DNA from: Minutocellus sp. GHC0000111
Lineage: Eukaryota
Length of the DNA: 64,000 nt
Direction: 5' to 3'
Assembly: GCA_977018835.1 (NCBI GenBank)
Contig: OZ361261.1
Span: 1,054,001-1,118,000, forward strand
Shown piece after piece: positions 1 through 10,144 of this stretch. Numbering within the stretch: position 1 is the stretch's first letter; each line of letters starts with the position of its first letter. The notes beneath the pieces are model-generated. The model was not told where the DNA came from. It ran no database searches and saw nothing but the letters and a program-made list of their open reading frames with translations. The position numbers and the translations under genes are program-made.

Positions 1-1
1 G

Positions 2-682
2 AATGAATGGACTCAAGAGGAATACGACGCTTGCTTCATCACGGATGCCGAGTCGAAGGAGGCACAGGAGGAAATGCTGTCCTGCATCCTCGCGATGCGA
101 CGAGGCCTAGATGACAACGATGAGGAAGCTTGCCTGTGCTTCCGCGGCATAGAGCACATGAGGAGCGCCGCATCCATGTCGCAACGAAATGACCACAAGC
201 TTCACGTCACGGACTCCATTCTCGATGCCCAGGACGAAGATGAAGATCCTGATCACATCGCCGCCGTCGCTCGTCGAGTTACTCAGTGGGCAGTTGAAGC
301 TGCTCTTATCAAGGCCTCCTCCGACGCCGCCTTTGTCCGCCGTATGCAAAGGAATACTTCCAGATCGAATCTCGTATCCCTTCCCACAGCCGAAAGCGAT
401 GGAGACGTACTTCGCGCCCAGGATATTCAAGACACACTCGACGAGGCTCTTTCTACCAGCTCCGCCGAAGAATTCGAGAGCGACAGAGACATCGACGCCG
501 CCACCAACAACAATGGGCACAAACGACGCAGATCTCTCCCCCGCCTGACGTCCCCCTCCACGTTGGCACTTGATCTCGCTCGGTGTTCCATTGGCAAGCG
601 TGACCGAAGCAACTCAGTGGACTCTGCCCTGGATCAAATGTCATCGAGAATTGTCAATCAGCATAATCAAGAGGGAAAGTAG
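2..682 (+). CDS. Hypothetical protein, 5'-partial (diatom-type RGxE...DPxxIA family)
   Basis: Frame open from base 2 (NEWTQEEYDACF...) to TAG at 680-682; motifs CFRGIEH...ILDAQ...DPDHIA resemble a common uncharacterised diatom family. Confidence 0.6.
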   Translation, partial: NEWTQEEYDACFITDAESKEAQEEMLSCILAMRRGLDDNDEEACLCFRGIEHMRSAASMSQRNDHKLHVTDSILDAQDEDEDPDHIAAVARRVTQWAVEAALIKASSDAAFVRRMQRNTSRSNLVSLPTAESDGDVLRAQDIQDTLDEALSTSSAEEFESDRDIDAATNNNGHKRRRSLPRLTSPSTLALDLARCSIGKRDRSNSVDSALDQMSSRIVNQHNQEGK

Positions 683-1453
683 ATTTTAATTTCTGTGGCA
701 CTTAACTCAGCTTCACTTTTACAAATGATAGTTATCACGATACGAAGGGTTGACCAGCCTATGTCCTGGTGCAAGTCGATAAATTTGTTGTGTGATCTCT
801 GAACATGTGTGTAGTTAATGCAAAATTAGAAATATGTAGACTTGGTTAGTTGAAAGGGAGGGAGTCCTTCCTTGGTGTACTACATTACGTTGTTCAAACT
901 GTCCTATACTAGTATGAAAAGAATGCACCATAAGGCAAGGTGTGTAAGGAGGAGACTTGGACATCTGTGATGAAGACGTGCACGACTGCGGCACTTCTCT
1001 TGCATGTGAGTTTGGGATAAGGATTGGCCAGTACCTTGCATTTATTTATCTACCTAGCTAGCTTGGTCTAGCGGCCTTGCTTGTGTAAATTGCATTATTA
1101 TTTTTTATGAAATACATTGAGACATGTATGTGTACAGTAGGTTTCCATCAAAAATGTCTATCTTCTATGTTGGTGGTAAGTGATTCGTTTTCGGCAGTGT
1201 CTGACAGTTGTATAACTTCTAAAGTATGTAGAGTTTAGAACACGAAAGTCTCAAAAATGTGGCACAAATGACTTGTGCGATGTACAATTTGTATCGTTGC
1301 TCTGATGAGAGGGTGTTGTTACGAATATATATAATAGAAATTTCTACATGAAAATATATGCATGTGAGGGGGTCAGGTGTTATGTTTGTCTCCGCTTCTG
1401 GGACACTGTGTCGTGTTTGGTCGGAAGAGTAGCAACAAGCAGGGAGTAGACGC

Positions 1454-1774
1454 CTAAAGGACGCCACCACAGGATTTATTCGAGCCGTTGGAAAGCATGT
1501 CTCTATCGCCTTCGGATTGGTCGGCGCGATGAACAAGTTGGAGGAATCGATTGGAAGGAGGAATGTCAGCTGTAGAATTGCTCATGCTGCGCATTGACAG
1601 CGGAGAACCAGAAGCGAATCTAGAATTTGGCCGGGTGGTTCGTGGGAGATATGAACTTGGGAGCGAAATTTGGATTGCTTGATCGAGAATGGAAATGATT
1701 TCGTCTCTTCTTTCGGCGGTAAGAGCGCCGTCTTCGTTGGTGACTTGATTAATGCTGGAACGTCCTTTCTCCAT
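1454..1774 (-). CDS. Small hypothetical protein (106 aa)
   Basis: ATG at 1774 (MEKGRSS...EIISILDQAIQI...), GC-richer than its flanks; no recognisable domain. Confidence 0.35.
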   Translation of the reverse strand: MEKGRSSINQVTNEDGALTAERRDEIISILDQAIQISLPSSYLPRTTRPNSRFASGSPLSMRSMSNSTADIPPSNRFLQLVHRADQSEGDRDMLSNGSNKSCGGVL

Positions 1775-2275
1775 TGTGCTCGAATTTTGAAAGGGCGAGT
1801 TCGATGAGGTTGGTAGTATTTCTAGATTTGCTATTTGTATTGCTGGGTGAGTAACTACGTAGTGAAGTGGGAGCATGTATGTGGGAGTGCGAGGCCAGCC
1901 GAAACTTCGTCTTCCGCTTTGGCACTTTGACTTTGCGCAGGCAGAGGGGCAGTAATGGAAAAATTTGTGTTCGTGAAGTTTCGCTGACGCAGAAATTCAA
2001 CGACGTGTCGCAAAAAAAGAAAGGTCGGCTTTCTGAAAGGCGCTACTAGACTAGACTAGAAGAGCTAGTACGCACTACGCACACGTACAGATAGATGAAT
2101 TCCCGCCCAGACAGTACAGCAGTCGATGTAGGCTTTCCATTATTTGACAATCTGCGCCACCAAGAGCACAAACAACTGACTAAATGTATGTGATGTGCAG
2201 CATCATTCGGCAGCAGCTCTACTCTCTAGTACACACAGTAGAGCTTCAAGTGTTTCTCGCATGTTACTGCGTACA

Positions 2276-3660
2276 TTATTTCATCTCCTTCACCTCAGGC
2301 GAGCAACGAATGCCGTCCCTCTTGAACATAGTTTTTGCTTCCTGGGCAAGCGTTGGCGTCAGACATGCCGACCTGTCGTCGCTGTCGTTTGGACTGTTCT
2401 TGGTACAGTATACGCAGTGATCGCCTGTCGATGTGACTGTATCAATGCATCGTTGTTGACCGAAAATGCCGTTCTCTTGGCACGTCTTGATATCTTCGAC
2501 AGAATCATTGATAATTAAAGGTGATGTCCAGCTTGGTGAGGAAGACGACTGCTTCTGCTCGACACTACCCATCGTATGATTGCGATGGTGATCATAACAA
2601 AAATTACAACAGGTCGTATCACAAATGATCTTTGGGTCAGAACCACCACAGTCCGCGTGCAGGGCAGTAAGCTCGCCCCTGTTGCTCGTTTTATGTTCGG
2701 TTGTAGTGCGAAGGCTGCATATCTCACGAGGCATTTCCCCTTCGAGTTTGGTGTCGTCGACGAATAGCTCCTGGAGTTTGGTGAGCTTACCGATGGATGC
2801 TTGTAAGGAACCTGAGAGACTCGTCTGATGAAGATGCAGAATCTCGAGATTGACTAGATTTCCAACTTCGCTGGGAATAGTGCCAACAATGTCAAAATTC
2901 TTGTACAGCTCGATGTGTTTCAAGGTTGTGATTGCACCGAGCTCACTTGGGATGGTACCGGCAAAGTCGCCATTGCTAAGATGGAGGGCGACAATCTCAT
3001 TATTATCGTTGCATCCGATGCGATGCCAGTGATGGCGGCAAATGTCGGCCGTGCTCTCGATGACCGTGTGCTCGTTGTACCAGGACGTCGTTGTAATGTT
3101 TAGCGCAGCACGAAGAATGAGCAAAGCAAAGAGCTTGGCGAAATCAGTCTTCCAATTGCAATCCTCTAGATCCGGCGGGCTAATTGATTTGCCCGGCCCA
3201 GTAAGAAACCAGTCCTCAACATCTGAATATGCCTGATGGGCGGAGGGATTCAACATACCTGTCAACTTGCAGATACATTCTTCGATGAGGTCGGATGGGT
3301 CGAGATCAGAAGACGTGGAGTGGTGGTGATGAAAATGTGGGGCCTCGTGCAGACCAATACTAACAGAGACGATGACCAACAGGAAACCTTGAAGTAGTTT
3401 TGAGTAGCGCAAGGCACAATAAGTCCTCGCTGGTATGGACAGCGTCTGCGAGGTGACCTGAGAGAGAAGGCGAATCAATGTTGTGGAATCTTCGATGTCG
3501 GCATTCGTGCCATCGTTGTGACCGAGGGAAAAAGATCTTGGGGGGCAGCTTGAATAAGGGCGGTGTCCATTCGAGCATTATCTATACTAACGTTATCTTC
3601 ATCCATGTTGAATTGTTGGAATAATAGACTAGCTTTGCAATTTCCAGAAGATCCAGTCAT
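2276..3660 (-). CDS. Leucine-rich repeat protein with N-terminal TM segment and Cys-rich C-terminal extension; apparent frameshift near 3478
   Basis: LRRs (GTIPSELGAITTL, GTIPSEVGNLVNLEILHLHQTSLSG), LRR-NT-like ICRHHWHRIGC, cap LHADC..ICDTTCCNFC; the 3475-3660 ORF abuts the main ORF in a different frame. Confidence 0.8.
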
Positions 3661-3881
3661 GGCAAAGATTTCTCAAAAGATTTTCTGGTGAAATTTTCGT
3701 TCCTTCTCGAGAACCAATCAAATTAGCAGGGGTGCACCAACGGCGATCCAAAATTTAGTTGTACGTAGAATGAATCAACAAGTATTTGCATATTGTGCCC
3801 ACTATCTTGCAATCTGTTCACGACTCATTCAGCCAGTACGGCTGTAGGTCACATTACCCAATTCGCGGCAATGAGACGAGC

Positions 3882-4700
3882 ATGGATGATGACTTTGAAC
3901 CTCTTTTACTAGAAGGTGATCTACCATCGCTACCTGACATCCATGCGGATGATTTACTGGACTGGGATCTTTTGACATGTGAATCGGCTAGGAATGGTAG
4001 GAAGGAATATGACTTCTTGGATGAAGTATCGGCTGCAATATCTTCTTCACAATTTTCTCCCGCAGGGAAAACGACGGAAGCTTGGCTAATCGACCAGGTT
4101 GGGCCAATAATAGAAGCTAATGCATGTAGCCCGGGAAAGTCACTCCTCTTTCCGAAGACATTCAATGGGCTTATTGCTAAACACGCCCTTGATGCATACA
4201 TGCCTAGGCTTAACGTATCAGTGGAAGGTGAGTCTATGGAAGGAACGACAGATACGACGGATAGTCATGCACAGAGAGCTGAAAAGAAATCAAGAAAGAA
4301 TCAGAGTAGGCGTGGTATGACATACAGCAAAAAATGCCAGCAATGTGGGGAGAAGAAGAAGAAATGCAAATGTGGCCAGGTTATTGATGCCAGCGTTGTT
4401 ACAATGATCAACAACAATTCTATTCCATCTGACAGCTTTGAAATAAAATCAGAGTTTTGCATCTATGTGAGTGAACGGGGAGTTGCGTCAAGAAGTCCGC
4501 CCTTGGTTAAGTCGAAGAATTGGATCGATCGAGAGATAGAGGAGGAAAAAGCAGAATTGTCCAAAGAGAGTAGTACAGAGGTGTCTCCCAGAATGTGGGA
4601 GGAACATGATACTAGTAAAGAAATTGAAAGAGAGATAGACAATAAAAGCCTCTGGACGGACTCGATAACGGTTGTAAAATATGAAGAAGATGGGAGGTGA
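3882..4700 (+). CDS. Hypothetical protein with CxxC-x6-CxC basic segment
   Basis: Open 272-codon frame from ATG 3882 (MDDDFEPLLL); KKCQQCGEKKKKCKCG could bind zinc and act as an NLS. Confidence 0.5.
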   Translation: MDDDFEPLLLEGDLPSLPDIHADDLLDWDLLTCESARNGRKEYDFLDEVSAAISSSQFSPAGKTTEAWLIDQVGPIIEANACSPGKSLLFPKTFNGLIAKHALDAYMPRLNVSVEGESMEGTTDTTDSHAQRAEKKSRKNQSRRGMTYSKKCQQCGEKKKKCKCGQVIDASVVTMINNNSIPSDSFEIKSEFCIYVSERGVASRSPPLVKSKNWIDREIEEEKAELSKESSTEVSPRMWEEHDTSKEIEREIDNKSLWTDSITVVKYEEDGR

Positions 4701-4987
4701 AATGAACAAAAAGAAGAAGTCGATCTAACTCCCATGGCTATGAAATTCCTTGCAGAGGTTGTGTGCCATCAAAGTCACCTCTTAGCTATGATACTAGCTG
4801 TAGCTACAATTGCATGAAAGAGAGATTCATATTCGATTTTCATATTAATTAAACTTAGATGCCCTATATTGGTATCTCTGGTATCGCAGTGCCAGAGCTC
4901 GATTATATGTAATAATTGTATCCAGGCAGAAAAATTGTGTTTACACTGCCCGAACGATCACGACCAGAAACTATATGCTTCAATCAA

Positions 4988-6762
4988 TTAGAAGTCACCA
5001 GTCATGGCGGCCTTCTCTTCGGCCTCGGCCCTCCTATCCCTCCGCCGCTCATTCCACATGGGCGCCAGGAATTGCTTCTGGAAGTGCTCAAAGGGCCCAC
5101 GGAGGCTGGTCTTTTGCCAGTCGTACTCGACCTTGCCCTTGCGGCCTCCCTCGTCGCCATCATCACTACCTTCCTTCTCGTACTCGTCGAGCTCTCTCAT
5201 CAATTGAGGCAGGGTGGGGACCTTGAAGGGATCAAAGTCGTCCACCTTGTTCACTTCGATGGGAACACAGACCCGTCCGGTCTTGGGATGGATGCAGAAG
5301 GGAGATTTGAGCAAGTGATTCTGCATCTTGGAAACGTTGATATCGAGACGAGGGTACGTGTAGCGGAAGACGGTTTCGACGGGCCACTGCTCGATCTTAA
5401 TCCGATCCTTGGTCGACAGATTCTTGGCATTCTTCATGGGCTGCTTCTGCCCACCGCCGTCGGTGGACTTGCCAATGAAGATGGACAGATATCGCTTGAG
5501 CTCGGCCCACTTCTCGGCGGGAGTGGAAGCGTCGTTGTTGGAGCTGGACCACCTCTTGGCCAGGGTGGCGGCGACGGGCTCGGCGGCGGGTGGGAGAGAG
5601 GCAAGGAGGGCGTCCCAGTGCTCCTTCTTGGCGAGGAGGCTGTGGCCGGTGCTGGGGAGGATGTCATCGATGAACATGGGCTCGAGGACGTCGTAGGCCC
5701 GGCTGAGCATGGGGTGAAGGGGGTGGGAGAGGTTCATCCCCTTGTTCTGCTCGGTGCCCATGGCAATCTGTTAGGTGAATTGTTAAGGACCATATGTGTG
5801 TGAGTGAGCGAGAATTGGTTCAGCGGCACCAAACAAATGAATTCATGGCAAATTGGGCATGCATATATATACATCAACAGGAATACACATATGGCAATTC
5901 AATTCCCCACCAAACGAACTACGTCACTGACTAATGAACTCACCTCGAAGTAGGCAGCGACGGCGCTGCGCGCCTCGTTGCTCAGCGTCCGAGCGCTCTC
6001 GTCGCACACCCAGGCGTGGACGCCACGGCGGCCGGAGTAGAACCACGCCACGTGCTGGAAGCCAAAGTCCTCCCGCAGGCCGCGCTCCATCACCTTGACG
6101 GCCATGGTCATCATCTTCCAGCAGCGCTGGCAGATCTTGGCCCCGGCGCAGCCGCACGACCGGACCCCGTCGTAGTCGGTAAGATCGATGTCGAACACCA
6201 GCTCGCGCTGCTCGGTGACGAACTTTCCCGAGGATTGGAGGGTGTTGTGATCCTTGGGGGGGTGGGAGAAGACGGCACCGATGTCGATCTTGTGCGGGTT
6301 GCGCTTGGAGATGGCGGCCGTCAGGTCGGTGGGGTTGACGAAGGACTGGTACCGGATGTAGATCTCGTCGCCGGGGCTGGGCTCGATGGTGAAGGACCAC
6401 TCGCGGCGGGCGAAGAGGGAGTTGGACGTGCCGGCGGCGGCGCCCGTGGGGTCGTAGGCCAGCCACGACGTGAGGAGCTCGTGGGGGAACAACCGGGCGT
6501 AGTACGTCCGGAGGAGCTCGGGGGAGAAGACGGTCTCGTTGGCCTTGGCCACCTCGGCGGCCTCCTTGGCCTTTTCGGGAGTTATCTGCTGAGCTACTGC
6601 GGTGCGGGAGGAGGAGGTGCTGGCCGCCTCGGTTTGCATTGGCTCGGCATCATCGTCAAACTCGGCCTCCTGGTCGCTGCTGTCGTCGTGCTGCCTCTCG
6701 CGCTTCCGGCTCGATTCCTCGGCCTGCTGCTGCTGATGCTGAACGTCGGTCGAGGCCGTCAT
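4988..6762 (-). CDS. PRI1: DNA primase small (catalytic) subunit; 2 exons, intron 5768-5943
   Basis: Motifs RREWSF, PHKIDIGAV, ELVFDIDLTDYD, CxC..CxxCW, YSGRRGVHAWV, YPRLDINVSK, HLLKSPFCIHPKTGRVCVP; GTGAGT...AACAG intron joins YFE|IAMG in frame. Confidence 0.96.
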
Positions 6763-7402
6763 TGTGTATTGGTGTGAATTGCTATTTGTTGTGTAATGGT
6801 GTGGTTCTGCTTATCTGGAATAGAGCGGCATTTGACCGGCATGAGATGTGGCGGGAAATGAAGCAGAGAGCGGGCTTTCGCGCCAGCCAAGCCGGCATCG
6901 ATTTTCTTTGGGTGCTTCTTTCTATTTCTTTTAGTCGTCATCACGTGCAAGAAAGAAAGTGACCGGCCGGCCGCGTCCATGCGAAAAAGTTTGGCTCTGC
7001 CGTTTTTCATGTTTTGGGCGATTTTGAGGACGGACCACCAAAATTGCAAGTGAGGTGGGTGGACCATGACGGTCGGGCTTTGGGGAACGCTGCCGCTCGA
7101 TCGAATCGCTACAGTTGGTGGCCAACCTGTATGTTTTGAATGATTGACGCCTTGTGGGCTACCCTGTTTGGGTTTTGGTGCTGGCAGCGGCTGGAAACTG
7201 GGTCCGTTTCGGTACCTTTGTTCTCGGAGGGATGTGTATGGACCAGAAAGAGCATTGGTCCTCGCTCAGCTCCGTGGGTCAGGAATCGCTTGCCGCTGGA
7301 CCGATCGCTGTAACAGCGGGCTGCATTATCAATGTGAAAACAACAGCTAGCTTCTATTTGCCTTTTGACGCATATTGTTCAACATTTTTTCATCATTGTG
7401 GA

Positions 7403-8386
7403 TTACAATTGCTCCGTGCTGTTGTCTTTGTCTGCTTGTTGGCTTTCTCCCTGTGCTAATACTTCACCTTCTTGTAACTCATTTTTCCGTAGAGTATCGA
7501 TCTCCTCGTCAGTTACTTCCATATCATTCGTTAGTTGTTCCTCGTCATTGACACTAAATGCCTTTGATACAACTGTAGTTGCTACTACTGCACCGGTCAA
7601 TGAAATTTCTTCAGCGGCAGCGGCAGCGCTCGAAGTTGCGGCCACGGCTTCCTCCACCTCCTTTGCGGCTCCGAGGGGCTTGCCTAAGCCTGCCCTTGTT
7701 ACGACACCAGTCACCGCCGTACCGACACCTCTCAACAGCTGCAAACGCTTCTGTGCGGCCATCCACGCCATGATTTCGGGAGTGGCCGCCACGGCTTTCT
7801 GCGAGGCGATCCATGCCAACAATTCCTCCGAGGCTACCGCTGAACCTCCGAGGGAGAGGGTTCGCTCGTAGATGCCTGCTGCCGCTGCCGCCGCGCCTCC
7901 TGATGCTGCGGCAATTCTACCAGCTGCTGTGATCCCATCCAGGGCAAGGTTACCTGCCGTGATGGAGAATGCAGTGTTGGCCATGTTTTGCATAGATTTG
8001 CGTCGATTTATTATGGTACCATATCCACTGCTGGCATTGTTGCTGCTGTTTTCGTTATCATTCTTTCTCAAGGCCGAGGCGACCGCGGCGAATAGAGTGG
8101 TCCCTACCCAAGCCGCCACGCTGTAAAACAATGAAAAGCCACCAACATCGCCGGCCGATGATGAGTCCTTGGTTGATAATCCATCGCCTTTCTCTTCTTC
8201 TGATTCGAATGCACAGAGAGATGATTGTTGTGTTGGTGCACGATTTAGATTGCTGAGGTAGAATGATGATGGGGCCGGTGCAGCGACGAATGCAGCCGCC
8301 GCCTGAGGAGCTGTACTCCAGCCAGCACGAGAACCGCTGATCAAGAGGAAAAGAAGAAGCGTATGTGGCATATTAATGCTGAGCAT
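7403..8386 (-). CDS. Ala-rich hypothetical protein with signal peptide / possible plastid targeting
   Basis: 327 aa ORF, hydrophobic N-terminus followed by AAAFVAAP, further hydrophobic segments, acidic tail. Confidence 0.6.
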   Translation of the reverse strand: MLSINMPHTLLLFLLISGSRAGWSTAPQAAAAFVAAPAPSSFYLSNLNRAPTQQSSLCAFESEEEKGDGLSTKDSSSAGDVGGFSLFYSVAAWVGTTLFAAVASALRKNDNENSSNNASSGYGTIINRRKSMQNMANTAFSITAGNLALDGITAAGRIAAASGGAAAAAAGIYERTLSLGGSAVASEELLAWIASQKAVAATPEIMAWMAAQKRLQLLRGVGTAVTGVVTRAGLGKPLGAAKEVEEAVAATSSAAAAAEEISLTGAVVATTVVSKAFSVNDEEQLTNDMEVTDEEIDTLRKNELQEGEVLAQGESQQADKDNSTEQL

Positions 8387-8442
8387 AACGGGGGCTGTTC
8401 AGAGGCTATCAGTCCAAGCAAGTGGTTGTGCCCGCAAATTGC

Positions 8443-8563
8443 TAGGAATTCCTACGTACGTAGTACGTGTAGAGTACCTACTACGTAGCTACGTACATGT
8501 ACTTGTCTAGTACGTACGTAGCTAGTCTACTACGATGTACGAGTAGGCCTACCTAGGCCTAGG
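8443..8563. repeat. Tract of concatenated TA-bounded palindromes (putative transposon footprint array)
   Basis: TAGGAATTCCTA, TACGTA, TAGCTA, TACATGTA, TAGGCCTA units abut or overlap over ~120 bp. Confidence 0.6.
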
Positions 8564-8751
8564 TAACACCCTAACAGTGCAAACTTGCAAACCCGAATTT
8601 GGCACAGGCAACCCAAAATCAACGACGGAACCGAGCGAGCGAAAACGAATGAATCAAAACCGCGGGGCGTTGTGTTGCATTGTGATGTAGATCCATCGTT
8701 CATATGTGTGGCGTGAACTGTGAGTGAGAAAACGAGACTAACCCGGTGAAA

Positions 8752-9914
8752 ATGGCCGCTGTTCCTTCGACCAGTCCGACCGGCGGTACCCAGCTGCATC
8801 ATCCTCTCAAGGGCATCATCAACTCCAATGACGACCCCATGCGTTGTGCGGTCTGCTCCGCAACTTCAGACGATTGTGGGGTGTTTTTTTGCACCCAGTA
8901 TTGTTGCGGTCGAAGTGTTTGTGGCTCGTGCAGCGATGTACAACAAGAGGAGAGGCGATGCCTGGTGTGCAATTTGCCGAGCATGAAAAAATGAGGGATG
9001 TTGTCGCTTGTAGTAAGAAGCATGCGAAAAAGGGAAGGGCGTGGGCCCAGGTCGATCTCGCGATGCGGTATTCCACCAACGATGAGTCGAAGGGTACTAG
9101 TGCAGAGGCTTTGCATTGGTTCCGTGAAGCTGCGAGCAGAGGCCATCCCATGGGAATGTACTTTCTAGGAAAGGCCTTCCTCTACGGCTCAGTAGGATGC
9201 TCGGTTGACTTGCTTCGAGCTCAAGAATACTTCGATGCGGCCTTGAGAGCGAACAGAGGATACTCGATAGAAGTTGATGAGGGATGCTGGAAGGGTCTCA
9301 TTGAGATTGCAAAGCATCACATTCGGGCAAAGTCATTTGAAAGGGCCGAGTCAATCCTACAACCGATCGCTGAAGAGGGCATTGGCGAAGCTCTGACCGT
9401 ACTTGGATCGGTCTTTAAGTTATCAGGTGACAATCACTCGGCGCTGGCTTGGTTTACTTCTGCTGCGTTCGCCCCATATCTAGGCGATATTTCCAGAGAT
9501 ATCAGGGATCACGAGCATGGTGCAATGGTGTGCTGCTGGGAGCTTCAAAAGTATGCTCAGGCAAAGTTCTGGGGGAAGTTGACGAGAACGACCCTGCAAA
9601 ACGGTGTTTTGTTGTCTCCATCTGTTCCTCAATTTGTGCGTAGTGCCCGCGTTAAGTATCTTGTACAACTACAGCGCGACTTACGAGCCATTCGAGATGT
9701 ATGTGGAGGTTGCGGTGTTGAATTCGAGGGCAAAGAGCGCAAGTTCTGCCGTGGTTGCCGTGCCTACTGCTACTGCAGCCGTGACTGCCAGAAGATGCAT
9801 TGGAATCGCAAGGACGGTGGGCATCGGGAGGACTGCAAAGGCGCGATGGAGCTCAAGAAGAAGATAAAGGAGAAGAAGAGGGCAGAGGCAATGAAGGCGT
9901 CCGAGAGCAAATAA
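8752..9914 (+). CDS. RING-like / Sel1-repeat / MYND zinc-finger protein, copy 1; 1-nt frameshift in A-run near 8990
   Basis: CAVC...CCGRSVCGSC...CLVC; Sel1-like ALHWFREAASRGHPMGMYFLG; MYND CGGC...FCRGCRAYCYCSRDCQKMHW...HREDC; one extra A restores collinearity with copy 2. Confidence 0.85.
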
Positions 9915-10144
9915 ATAACAGAGTTTATTATTGCCGCATTGCATTGCATTGATTGAGAGAGTGCTGCGAAGTAATGCATTGGTATGGGCGTGGGAAATCT
10001 CGGCCAACCAACCTAAAAGGTAAAAACGTTCGTTCGCCATAGAGTACTCTTCTACGTAGCTAGCTACGCATTACCTATACATACACATGCATCATATTGA
10101 GTAGGAGTGAGTTTTTACCCTAAAATATATCATTTCTTACCAGT

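Noticed and set aside
8443..8563. CRISPR array or telomeric repeat interpretation
   Set aside because: No constant repeat-spacer periodicity and no fixed telomere unit; eukaryotic intergenic context
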